Source of the DNA: a virus
Taxonomy: Duplodnaviria > Caudoviricetes
Virus record (IMG/VR): IMGVR_UViG_3300034073_000217
Span: 1 to 38,036 of that record
Direction: 5' to 3' (one strand)
Length of the DNA: 38,036 nt
The translations under genes and the position numbers were made by a program. This document shows positions 8,924-16,382 of the stretch, one piece after another. Under the pieces are notes generated by a model. That model was not told where the DNA came from and did not search any database. It was given only the letters and a program-made list of their open reading frames with translations. Each line of letters begins with the position of its first letter. Position 1 is the stretch's first letter.

Positions 8924-9241
8924 TTAGTCTTCATCGTGTAGTGGGTCTTCTATCCACTCATCTGGCGCAACTATAGATGCTTTTTCTTTAGCTTCTTGTA
9001 CCTCTAATTTCTTATCAGTCTCCACTAAATAAGTAATCATCTTTTTTATATCACTACGTTTAGCAACAACACCTGGTTCTTTTTTACCATATCGCACTAT
9101 GTATTTAATGACATTGCCAATGTTGATAGCTTCACCACCATGAAGATGGCCAGTGAGGTTATCTTGTAACCACTGCAATTCTAAACCACGTTCTTCATCA
9201 ATTACATAATACTTTGGATACTTTGTAATCTCTTCACTCAT
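8924..9241 (-). CDS. DUF3310-like protein (family related to T7 gp1.7 nucleotide kinase)
   Basis: PKYY...GNVIKYIVRYGKK...DIKKMITYL motif. Confidence 0.7.
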   Translation of the reverse strand: MSEEITKYPKYYVIDEERGLELQWLQDNLTGHLHGGEAINIGNVIKYIVRYGKKEPGVVAKRSDIKKMITYLVETDKKLEVQEAKEKASIVAPDEWIEDPLHDED

Positions 9242-9465
9242 AACTGCTCCTCAATAATTATCATGCCTTTTTCAAACACACAAGACACACCTTTTACTTT
9301 AATATACACAGTTCCATCATCACCTAACCTATGTATTAACTTACCCTTGTGACACAATACTTCTTTTGATTCTATTGGTTCAGATGCGTAATAATACAAT
9401 CCTATACCAAAGATTAGAAAAAGTATAATCAATGCTACGATATAACTCAAGATTTTACTTACCAT
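9238..9465 (-). CDS. Membrane-anchored hypothetical protein
   Basis: N-terminal transmembrane helix, two Cys, GGAG RBS. Confidence 0.65.
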   Translation of the reverse strand: MVSKILSYIVALIILFLIFGIGLYYYASEPIESKEVLCHKGKLIHRLGDDGTVYIKVKGVSCVFEKGMIIIEEQL

Positions 9466-9500
9466 AAACTAATTCTCCATTGTCTTTGCTTTTTAGCTAC

Positions 9501-9517
9501 AAGAGTATAATTATACT
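9501..9517. promoter_or_regulatory. Palindromic, potentially bidirectional -10 element upstream of pqqA
   Basis: AGTATAATTATACT (9504-9517) is a perfect palindrome containing TATAAT on both strands; no well-spaced -35 was found. Confidence 0.55.
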
Positions 9518-9549
9518 TGTAACAAAATCTATGTAGAAAGGATAACATT

Positions 9550-9621
9550 ATGTGGACAAAACCAGTTGCAACAGAAATGAGATTTGGCTTCGAAGTTACT
9601 TTATACGTAATGAACAAGTAA
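9550..9621 (+). CDS. pqqA: Pyrroloquinoline quinone (PQQ) precursor peptide
   Basis: MWTKPVATEMRFGFEVTLYVMNK (23 aa) with the W-x-x-P, R-x-G-F and E-x-x-x-Y (E15/Y19) PqqA motifs; GAAAGGA RBS 7 nt upstream. Confidence 0.96.
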   Translation: MWTKPVATEMRFGFEVTLYVMNK

Positions 9622-9626
9622 AGTTT

Positions 9627-9660
9627 AACGGGGAACATTAAACGTTCCCCATTAATCTTT
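9627..9660. terminator. Hairpin terminator between convergent pqqA and the leftward operon
   Basis: GGGGAAC(9630-9636)-attaaac-GTTCCCC(9644-9650) stem; U-tails are weak. Confidence 0.6.
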
Positions 9661-9826
9661 GGTACATCACAGTATTATTTCTAATCCACCTAAAAGGTAT
9701 TTCAACCTTTAACAATCCTACCTGACTTTGTCGTCTAGCATGATAATGAACTATTGCATGACCAGGCAACATATGTTTATTTTCTTTAGGTATAAACCTA
9801 ATCACATTACCAAGGGACATCATCAC
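9638..9826 (-). CDS. Hypothetical protein
   Basis: 62-aa ORF in the leftward operon; exact start uncertain. Confidence 0.5.
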   Translation of the reverse strand: MMMSLGNVIRFIPKENKHMLPGHAIVHYHARRQSQVGLLKVEIPFRWIRNNTVMYQRLMGNV

Positions 9827-10046
9827 CCTCTAGTGCCGGTGCTGGTTCTTTAGCTTTATATGGCTCAGAGATTGTGCCACTCATAAATTTAGAACCATCT
9901 TTTTTAGATTCTCTAATCCATGCTGCTAACTGCTTTTCTGTACCATCTTCTAACACGATAGTGCCTGAATAATCAGGTCGTTTATCGTTACCTTGTTTAT
10001 CATTCTTAAATAACACGAATGTATTTTTGTTATCATATTCTGCCAT
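9807..10046 (-). CDS. Putative ssDNA-binding protein (DUF736-like)
   Basis: LFKN...RPDYSG...LAAW motifs and an acidic-aromatic C-terminus DDVPW typical of SSBs. Confidence 0.7.
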   Translation of the reverse strand: MAEYDNKNTFVLFKNDKQGNDKRPDYSGTIVLEDGTEKQLAAWIRESKKDGSKFMSGTISEPYKAKEPAPALEGDDVPW

Positions 10047-10048
10047 AA

Positions 10049-10675
10049 TTATTCCTTATTTAATTCTCTTAGTATATTAACGATATCATCTACCTCATCT
10101 AAAAAGATAGACACTTCTTCTTCAAGCATTTCTATATACTCATTATCACGTTCTACTGCAACGTACATGAGTTGTAGCTTAGGCTCAAAGTTTGGATTGT
10201 AAGAAACAAAGTTAGCATAGTCTGCACCAGTACAAGCAATCTGCCACTGCACCTGGCTTATATATCGACTAGGTAACTTACGTTCTAACAAATTTGTAGT
10301 ATGCGTAGTTTCGATTGGACATTTAATCTCAAGCACACCATTATCAGGTAATAGGCCATCTGGACTAGCGCCTGCCATTTTAATTATAGGATGGTCTATA
10401 AAGCCAACCTGTTTTACTTTAATATCACGAACAATCTCATATATTTGACGAGCAGTATCTTCTCTATCTATACCATCTTGCATAGCTTGGTTAGTGTAAG
10501 AGTCTGTTTTTTGTCCGGTTAATCGTTCAGTAGCAAGTTGCATCTTGTAATTTCTGCGAACTGCTGCTTCCCCTGTTTTTATTTTGGCAAGCACGTCAGA
10601 TACTCTACTTGCAGTAACCTTACCTAATCTGTGCTGATGCCATGCTTCTGAGCGTTGCTCCATATTATGTTCCAT
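10049..10675 (-). CDS. Lambda-exonuclease/YqaJ family recombination exonuclease
   Basis: QRSEAWHQHRLGKVTAS, GASPDGL, LEIKCP and QVQWQ motifs. Confidence 0.92.
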   Translation of the reverse strand: MEHNMEQRSEAWHQHRLGKVTASRVSDVLAKIKTGEAAVRRNYKMQLATERLTGQKTDSYTNQAMQDGIDREDTARQIYEIVRDIKVKQVGFIDHPIIKMAGASPDGLLPDNGVLEIKCPIETTHTTNLLERKLPSRYISQVQWQIACTGADYANFVSYNPNFEPKLQLMYVAVERDNEYIEMLEEEVSIFLDEVDDIVNILRELNKE

Positions 10676-11145
10676 TAGAATGGGTCTCCACCTTGTTGTT
10701 TAATAGCGTTGGCTACTTCTTCTACACTAGCCACCGATGTATCTATACCGATACCAAAACAACCTAATGCACGACCAATCGCTGATGTCTCACAGTTTTC
10801 TATATAGCTGGTCTTGTTAATGAATGTAGAGCCTTCTTTTTCATAAGCATGGCCAGTAGCAACAATTTGATTGTCTACAACAATAACTGCTTTGATAACG
10901 CATATACCATCTTGGTTAGATACAATATCTGTCATTATAGAACCTTTTGGATACATATCTCTAAAGGCTTTAATACGCTCATTCACCTCAACATATTCTT
11001 TGCCTTTAATATTTACAGTTCTTAACTTTGGTGCTTTTTTAGCTTCCATTTGTTGTTCCTCTTGTTGTAGTTTAGCTAAAGCTGCGTCATTGTCTGCACG
11101 CAACTCCTCTGTCATATCTTGTAATTCAGTAATTAGATTATCCAT
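10675..11145 (-). CDS. Putative single-strand annealing protein (Rad52/Sak-like)
   Basis: IKGKEYVEVNERI and ENCETSAIGRAL motifs; adjacent to the exonuclease and SSB. Confidence 0.65.
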   Translation of the reverse strand: MDNLITELQDMTEELRADNDAALAKLQQEEQQMEAKKAPKLRTVNIKGKEYVEVNERIKAFRDMYPKGSIMTDIVSNQDGICVIKAVIVVDNQIVATGHAYEKEGSTFINKTSYIENCETSAIGRALGCFGIGIDTSVASVEEVANAIKQQGGDPF

Positions 11146-11252
11146 GTTACAACTCCTACACCGATAATTAATAAAACAAATATTACTTTATCCATTCTAT
11201 CTTTACGTTTATCTTCTCTGATTGATTCTGACCAGTGATTAAATTCTCTCAT
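11133..11252 (-). CDS. Small membrane protein, 39 aa (not in the ORF track)
   Basis: MREFNHWSESIREDKRKDRMDKVIFVLLIIGVGVVTWII with a GGAG RBS. Confidence 0.55.
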   Translation of the reverse strand: MREFNHWSESIREDKRKDRMDKVIFVLLIIGVGVVTWII

Positions 11253-11254
11253 AA

Positions 11255-11446
11255 CTATACTCCCAATAAATAATTAATGTATGTTTCTGCATCTGATTCA
11301 GTACTAAATGATTCAAGATACATTTTGTTTTCAAAGACCATATAAACATCTTCATCCTGGTCATACTCAATATCATAGTTTGCACGAGGTAATGATTTTA
11401 AATAACCATCATAATCTTGTAACCAACTATCGTATGTTTGTGCCAT
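11255..11446 (-). CDS. Acidic hypothetical early protein
   Basis: First gene of the leftward operon; GGGAG RBS. Confidence 0.7.
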   Translation of the reverse strand: MAQTYDSWLQDYDGYLKSLPRANYDIEYDQDEDVYMVFENKMYLESFSTESDAETYINYLLGV

Positions 11447-11478
11447 TTATTTCTCCCTAATTAATTAACACAATACCC

Positions 11479-11506
11479 ATTTTATATATAAAAAATATAA
11501 AGTCAA
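11479..11506 (-). promoter_or_regulatory. Leftward sigma70-type early promoter
   Basis: On the minus strand: TTGACT (11506-11501), 16-bp spacer, TAAAAT (11484-11479). Confidence 0.65.
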
Positions 11507-11511
11507 CCCCC

Positions 11512-11540
11512 TTGACACAAATATTTTAATAAATTATAGT
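11512..11540 (+). promoter_or_regulatory. Rightward sigma70-type early promoter
   Basis: TTGACA (11512-11517), 17-bp spacer, TATAGT (11535-11540); followed by a TAAGGAGG RBS. Confidence 0.85.
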
Positions 11541-11560
11541 GTCGCATAAGGAGGTCAATT

Positions 11561-11728
11561 ATGACATTTAACGAAGCAATAAAATTATTTAAGAACAGAC
11601 GGGAAATGGCGGAAGCATTGGGTGTAACTAGACAAGCAATTAGTTTATATAGTTTAAGTCCAGATAAACCATTACCTTATTACAGAGAGATACAAATTGA
11701 ACATTATTTCAACAGTAAAAAGATTTAG
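11561..11728 (+). CDS. Cro-like HTH regulator, 55 aa (not in the ORF track)
   Basis: MTFNEAIKLFKNRREMAEALGVTRQAISLY...; classic A-x-x-LGV-T-R-Q-A-I-S HTH with a perfect RBS. Confidence 0.85.
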   Translation: MTFNEAIKLFKNRREMAEALGVTRQAISLYSLSPDKPLPYYREIQIEHYFNSKKI

Positions 11729-11873
11729 CCATTTTGTGGTAGACAAAGATGGATTTGCATTGCGTAAATTTACAACTTATACAGATGCAAAATGGTTTGT
11801 TAGCAATAAGCCAGAATACATGGTTAAGAAGATTAATTTTAATTTAGATGAATATGAGGAGTGTGTATTTTGA
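11697..11873 (+). CDS. Hypothetical protein, 58 aa (not in the ORF track)
   Basis: Open frame ...FVVDKDGFALRKFTTYTDAKWFVSNKPEY... filling the gap between cro and the initiator; start uncertain. Confidence 0.55.
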   Translation: MNIISTVKRFSHFVVDKDGFALRKFTTYTDAKWFVSNKPEYMVKKINFNLDEYEECVF

Positions 11874-12523
11874 AATATTATCAACATCACATCGGTGATT
11901 TTAAAAAAGATACAAGTTATCTTTCACATGAGGAAAGAAGTATATATCTAGAAATGTTGTGGTTATATTACGATGAAGAAAAACCACTTCCAAAAGATAT
12001 AGAATTGATTGCATTTAAGGTTCAATCAACAGTAGAAAAAGTTAAATTGTTATTAAGTTTATACTTTGATGAAGATGATGAATGTTATCGTCATAAACGC
12101 ATTGATGCAGAATTAAATGCTATTTTTAATAAATCAGAGTCAGCAAGGAGGTCTGCAAAAGCTAGATGGGACAATGATTCTATGCGAACGCATGATGAAC
12201 GCAATGCGAACGCAATGCGAATCGATGCTACCCATAACCCATTACCCATAACCCATAACCCAATATATAATACATATGTGCGTTTTGAAGAGTTCTGGAA
12301 TACATTATTACCAAAGCGTAGAGTCAATAAAAAAGGTTGTTTAGAAAAGTGGAAAAAACATAACCTAGATACTGAATCTGATAATATACTGTCATGGTTA
12401 AAACAAATGAATATGACTAAGGAATGGAAAGAAGGATTTAATCCATCACCTGAAGTTATAATTAACCAACGTAGATGGGAAGATGGAGTTGTAAAACCTG
12501 TAATGAAAGGGAGAGTGTTATGA
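11870..12523 (+). CDS. Replication initiator, YdaU/DUF1376 family
   Basis: N-terminal MKYYQHHIGDF...LSHEERSIYLEML; TTG start after GAGGAG; internal iteron-like repeats; C-terminal INQRRWED. Confidence 0.8.
   Translation: MKYYQHHIGDFKKDTSYLSHEERSIYLEMLWLYYDEEKPLPKDIELIAFKVQSTVEKVKLLLSLYFDEDDECYRHKRIDAELNAIFNKSESARRSAKARWDNDSMRTHDERNANAMRIDATHNPLPITHNPIYNTYVRFEEFWNTLLPKRRVNKKGCLEKWKKHNLDTESDNILSWLKQMNMTKEWKEGFNPSPEVIINQRRWEDGVVKPVMKGRVL
12182..12275 (+). repeat. Iteron-like repeats, probable replication origin
   Basis: Four 11-bp units (consensus ATGCGAACGCA, 12182-12225), then five 7-bp units (consensus ACCCATA, 12230-12264), then an AT-rich stretch, all inside the initiator gene. Confidence 0.75.
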
Positions 12524-13434
12524 GTGAGATGAATGTAGGAGAGATAATCAATCAATTAGTGATTACTAAAGAACAAGTCGATGAAGCTACAGGTAAGATT
12601 ATTCCTGAAGACTTTAAGATTAAATCAGCACAAGGTTATTACGACCAACTGCAAAAGTATTACGCATCAGAAAAAGGCGCAGGTTATAGTTTACCCTGGG
12701 CAAAGACCGATGGACATTTTGCAATCAGAATGGGTGAACTAACTATACTGCAAGGTGTATCAGGCCATGGTAAGTCGATGATGCTATCACAAATCTTTTT
12801 ATATCTAATGCACTACACTAAAGTCTTGATAGCGTCTATGGAGATGAAGCCGGTATTAACATTGGATAGAATGATTACCCAACGATTAGGCAGCAATCAA
12901 CCCACACAAGATTATATAAGACAGTTCTGTAAAGACTATAACGAAAAGCTATACATTTACGACCAACAAGGTGTTACGACAGAAGATGATATGTTTGCTA
13001 CATTACTTTATGGTCGTGAGATATTAGATATAAATGTCTTTTGTATTGACTCATTGATGAAGATAGGTAACATCTCTGAAGACGATTACAATGGACAAAA
13101 ACGATTTGTAGACAAACTCGCAACATTTTGTCGTGATTTAAATATCCATGTATTTTTAATATGTCATACTCGTAAGATGTCAGACGAATATCAGAAGCCG
13201 GATGCTACAAACATTTTAGGAAGTAGTCATATTAGAAATCTTGCTGACAATATTTTATTGTGTTGGCGCAATCGTGAAATAGAGGATTTAAAGTTTGCAG
13301 GTAATTGTCCACCTGATAGAGAGAACGAACCCACTGCTTACTTCAGTGTACAGAAACAACGTAACCATACATTTGAAGGAACATTTGGTTTGTGGTTTGA
13401 TGAAAAGTCATTAACATACAAGGAGAGACCATAA
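12520..13434 (+). CDS. DnaB/T7 gp4-like SF4 replicative helicase
   Basis: Walker A GVSGHGKS, SMEM, IDSL, CHTRK, GSSHI and KQR motifs; ATGA overlap gives the start at 12520. Confidence 0.88.
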   Translation: MSEMNVGEIINQLVITKEQVDEATGKIIPEDFKIKSAQGYYDQLQKYYASEKGAGYSLPWAKTDGHFAIRMGELTILQGVSGHGKSMMLSQIFLYLMHYTKVLIASMEMKPVLTLDRMITQRLGSNQPTQDYIRQFCKDYNEKLYIYDQQGVTTEDDMFATLLYGREILDINVFCIDSLMKIGNISEDDYNGQKRFVDKLATFCRDLNIHVFLICHTRKMSDEYQKPDATNILGSSHIRNLADNILLCWRNREIEDLKFAGNCPPDRENEPTAYFSVQKQRNHTFEGTFGLWFDEKSLTYKERP

Positions 13435-13589
13435 TGAACTTAAACAAGTTTGTAGAAAAGATGATAAAAGAGTTTGATGTAAAGTCGTATCGCATTAAAA
13501 ACAAAGAGGGCGCAATCATAAAGTTTGTGAAAAACGGAATTAACATGGAGGTGGAATATGAAACTAAAAAAAACACTGCACGTGACTAG
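13434..13589 (+). CDS. Hypothetical protein, 51 aa (not in the ORF track)
   Basis: AGGAG RBS and TAATG coupling; MNLNKFVEKMIKEFDVKSYRIKNKEG... Confidence 0.6.
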   Translation: MNLNKFVEKMIKEFDVKSYRIKNKEGAIIKFVKNGINMEVEYETKKNTARD

Positions 13590-13920
13590 CGGTGGTAACT
13601 ATGTTGAAGTTACATTAGCGATGGTGACATCGTTAGATGAAGGAGTGTATGATATAATTATTATGGATAAAGAAGGTGCTAGAAGTCACGACCAAAATAG
13701 TTTATTATGGGGTGTAATCTATAAGGGATTGTCTGATACAACTGGATATACCCAAGAAGAATTACATGATATATTGCGTATGAAGTTTGATTTAAAAGAT
13801 GAAGATGGAAGATTGTTATCTACAGCAACATTAACTAAATCAGAGTTTAATGATTACCTAGATAAGATTATTAACTGGTCAAGGTCATTAGGAATACAAG
13901 TTGAAAAAACAGGAACGTGA
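13558..13920 (+). CDS. NinB-like protein
   Basis: RSHDQNSLLW and STATLTKSEFNDYLDKI motifs. Confidence 0.7.
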   Translation: MKLKKTLHVTSGGNYVEVTLAMVTSLDEGVYDIIIMDKEGARSHDQNSLLWGVIYKGLSDTTGYTQEELHDILRMKFDLKDEDGRLLSTATLTKSEFNDYLDKIINWSRSLGIQVEKTGT

Positions 13921-14170
13921 GTGGATTGAAAAGCTAGTGGAGTTTGGTTGCGTAGTCTGCCGTAAATACTATGATGCTAACACTCCACCTTGCATACACC
14001 ATATCCGAGAAGGATTGGGCAAAGGTCAGCGTAACAGTTGGGATAATTGCTTACCATTATGCCATGAGCATCACCAAGGCAACGATGGGTTTCATTCAGG
14101 AAAGCAGACCTGGATAGAAAAGTATGGCACAGAGTATGAGCTGCTAGATTGGATTAAGGAGAGAATATGA
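13901..14170 (+). CDS. Ref-like/DUF968 HNH-fold nuclease
   Basis: GCVVC...HHIR...LPLCHEHH...YGTEYELL. Confidence 0.75.
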   Translation: MKKQEREWIEKLVEFGCVVCRKYYDANTPPCIHHIREGLGKGQRNSWDNCLPLCHEHHQGNDGFHSGKQTWIEKYGTEYELLDWIKERI

Positions 14171-14736
14171 ATGAACTAAAAACAATGCCTGATAATGAAT
14201 ACAATAAATTACTTAGTTTATTAGAAGGTTATAAATCTGAACGAAAAGAGTTATTAGATAACTACAGAAAACAAACAAAAGAACTTACATTTAAAATTGA
14301 TAGACTTGAAGCTAATATTCAAAAAGAAAGAAGAATTAGAGAAAGACGTGGAAAAGAATACATTGCTAGTAGAAATCAAAAAATGTTACAAATGTATATG
14401 GATGGTGTAGATTATAAAGATTTAGCTAAAGAATTTAAAATTGCTCATTACACTGTAAGGTCTACAATAGACAGAATAATAAAAAGAAAAAATATAGCTA
14501 AAAGATGGGAGCTTTTAAAAGAAACTAAAGGTGTGGTTAATGATAGTTTTCCTATTGAAACTATATTGTGGTATGAATTTAAACAGTTAAGGTCACTAAA
14601 AAGTAAAAACATTAATACTGTTGGAGATTTCTACAAGTTAAAAAACAAGTTAAACATATCTCAGCATATACAAGAAAAGGTTGAGGAAGAAATAAAATAC
14701 TCTGAAGAAATATATAAGGAGCAATTTGGTGTTTGA
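14167..14736 (+). CDS. Hypothetical coiled-coil and HTH protein
   Basis: RNQKMLQMYMDGVDYKDLAKEFKIAHYTVRSTI is an HTH-like segment; very AT-rich gene. Confidence 0.55.
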   Translation: MNELKTMPDNEYNKLLSLLEGYKSERKELLDNYRKQTKELTFKIDRLEANIQKERRIRERRGKEYIASRNQKMLQMYMDGVDYKDLAKEFKIAHYTVRSTIDRIIKRKNIAKRWELLKETKGVVNDSFPIETILWYEFKQLRSLKSKNINTVGDFYKLKNKLNISQHIQEKVEEEIKYSEEIYKEQFGV

Positions 14737-14914
14737 ATATGTACTTGTAGTTTATATGCAAATGGATAGTCCACAATATGTAGGACACTTTACAAGCTGT
14801 GCTGCAGCTAATGAATATGTTAAAGAGCATTACAAAGATGCACCCTATACAACTTGTTTGTTTGAGGACTATATTAACTTACCAAAAGACTTGGTTAAGA
14901 AAGAAATAAAATGA
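14726..14914 (+). CDS. Hypothetical protein
   Basis: 62-aa ORF with an upstream AAGGAG. Confidence 0.6.
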   Translation: MVFEYVLVVYMQMDSPQYVGHFTSCAAANEYVKEHYKDAPYTTCLFEDYINLPKDLVKKEIK

Positions 14915-15135
14915 ACAGACAGATTAGAGAACATAAAGTCAAAGAAGCATTAGCCTCATTAGACATTGAAGGATTAAATATAAGTGATTACTTACAATCA
15001 CAACTTAATGAATACATTGCTGGTCGTATGACAACTAAGATGATGTTACAAATGTTAGACGAGTGGTATTTAACGGAAGTCGTTAAAGAACGATTGGATG
15101 GTAAAACAGTGATAGTTGATATGGAGGATTTATAA
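14911..15135 (+). CDS. VbhA/FicA-like antitoxin-family protein (orphan)
   Basis: ALASLDIEGL contains the Fic-inhibitory (S/T)xxxE(G/N) motif, followed by L..YIAGRMT as in VbhA-family proteins; 74 aa. Confidence 0.72.
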   Translation: MNRQIREHKVKEALASLDIEGLNISDYLQSQLNEYIAGRMTTKMMLQMLDEWYLTEVVKERLDGKTVIVDMEDL

Positions 15136-15260
15136 TGGGCAAGGGTTCATCGCCACGTCCTTTTACGGACAGAAAAAAGTTTGAAGACGAATTTGACAGA
15201 ATCTTTAGAAAGAAAAATGAAGACAAACCTAAATCAGCAGACCAGAAAAAGACTAAGTGA
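15135..15260 (+). CDS. Small basic phage protein, 41 aa (not in the ORF track)
   Basis: GGAGG RBS; MGKGSSPRPFTDRKKFEDEFDRIFRKK... Confidence 0.65.
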   Translation: MGKGSSPRPFTDRKKFEDEFDRIFRKKNEDKPKSADQKKTK

Positions 15261-15531
15261 ATTAGGTTACACTATCGAGCTGATGGAGCGATGGTGTCCG
15301 TTTAGTAGACGAAAGCATGATGGCTTTGGATTTGCAGACTTTATTGCAATACGTAGAGATGAAGTAATGCTAGTGCAAGTTACATCTAAAAGCAATATGT
15401 CTAGTAGACGTAAAAAGATTACTGAGCATGAGAATGTAGGTAAGGTTAGGGAAGCCGGTATTCGTATCGAGCTATGGGGATTTTATAAGGAGAATAATAG
15501 ATGGCAAGTGAAAGTGGAAGACCTATCTTAA
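15217..15531 (+). CDS. PD-(D/E)XK nuclease, Holliday-junction resolvase-like
   Basis: L..LGY...FGFADFIAIR...LVQVTS pattern. Confidence 0.6.
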   Translation: MKTNLNQQTRKRLSELGYTIELMERWCPFSRRKHDGFGFADFIAIRRDEVMLVQVTSKSNMSSRRKKITEHENVGKVREAGIRIELWGFYKENNRWQVKVEDLS

Positions 15532-15944
15532 AAAGTAAATATGATTACAAAGTTTACTTTTATGATGTAAATGGAAAGCAGTATCAGCGACAAGATGTAG
15601 TTGAAATGGTATTAAAACTACTAGATGGAACATCAATGACCATCAAAGAAATGTGTAGTGAATTAAATATCAAAGAACAATCTTTAACTAATCTTATGAA
15701 GACTATGAGAGAGAATAATCTAATCACCAATACCAAGTTAAGACGTAATGGATATTATTTATACAGAACACAAAACGATTGTTTACTAGCTACATTACTA
15801 TATCCAACACCAACTGATATAGAAAAGCAATTTAAAATAAAAGGTAGACAGACTAGAAAAGCAGAACAAGGCACAAGTAAAAGCGCAGGATATGGTGGCC
15901 ATGTTACTTACAATGGAAGTCATTACGATAGTTTAGATTGGTAG
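15501..15944 (+). CDS. Winged-HTH domain protein
   Basis: MTIKEMCSELNIKEQSLTNLMKTMRENNLI; start uncertain. Confidence 0.6.
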   Translation: MASESGRPILKSKYDYKVYFYDVNGKQYQRQDVVEMVLKLLDGTSMTIKEMCSELNIKEQSLTNLMKTMRENNLITNTKLRRNGYYLYRTQNDCLLATLLYPTPTDIEKQFKIKGRQTRKAEQGTSKSAGYGGHVTYNGSHYDSLDW

Positions 15945-15948
15945 CGCT

Positions 15949-16281
15949 ATGCAACTAGACGAACTAAAACATTTATTAGAGTTGTGGGTACGCTATATGA
16001 GAAGCGATAGGGCAGAGATAGAGGAGTTAGGTTATCCAAAGAAAGCTGCATTTTTAGCAACTGGCGGGGAATCTACTAACGATGCTTTTGAGCAAATGTT
16101 CCACGCATCAGAGATGAAAAAAGTAGAAGTATTAAATGCTGTTATCCATTCACTAGACCCAGAACAGGTAAAAGCAATCTATCATTTCCATCTCAAAGCC
16201 AAGCCACCTATGTACGTAGAGTTAAAATATCAACACGCTATTGATAATTTATTAACTATTGTTGGTAGAAGACTTGACTAA
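15949..16281 (+). CDS. Putative late-gene regulator (antiterminator Q-like)
   Basis: L..W..Y...LGYP N-terminus and ..VIHSL..EQ..AIY helix; directly upstream of a promoter and terminator pair like lambdoid Q-pR'-tR'. Confidence 0.55.
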   Translation: MQLDELKHLLELWVRYMRSDRAEIEELGYPKKAAFLATGGESTNDAFEQMFHASEMKKVEVLNAVIHSLDPEQVKAIYHFHLKAKPPMYVELKYQHAIDNLLTIVGRRLD

Positions 16282-16301
16282 TTTCTAAAAAAGAGTATAA
16301 T
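16274..16301 (+). promoter_or_regulatory. Late promoter (pR'-like)
   Basis: TTGACT (16274-16279), 16-bp spacer, TATAAT (16296-16301). Confidence 0.8.
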
Positions 16302-16347
16302 TATGGATGGGAAGGTACGTTCAAAATACCCTTCTATTCATCTCCCG

Positions 16348-16382
16348 AAGGCCAGTCTCTCTCTACTGGCCTTTATCTTTTT
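16348..16382 (+). terminator. Intrinsic terminator in the late leader (tR'-like)
   Basis: AAGGCCAGT-ctctctct-ACTGGCCTT followed by TATCTTTTT. Confidence 0.75.

Noticed and set aside
12182-12264. CRISPR-like array
   Set aside because: Units are 7-11 bp, contiguous, without spacers and inside a coding gene; better explained as iterons.
15181-15235. Apparent MKTNL duplication at the start of the 15181 ORF
   Set aside because: The upstream copy is an alternative-frame reading of the 15135-15260 gene; the ATG at 15217 is the likelier start and the similarity is short.
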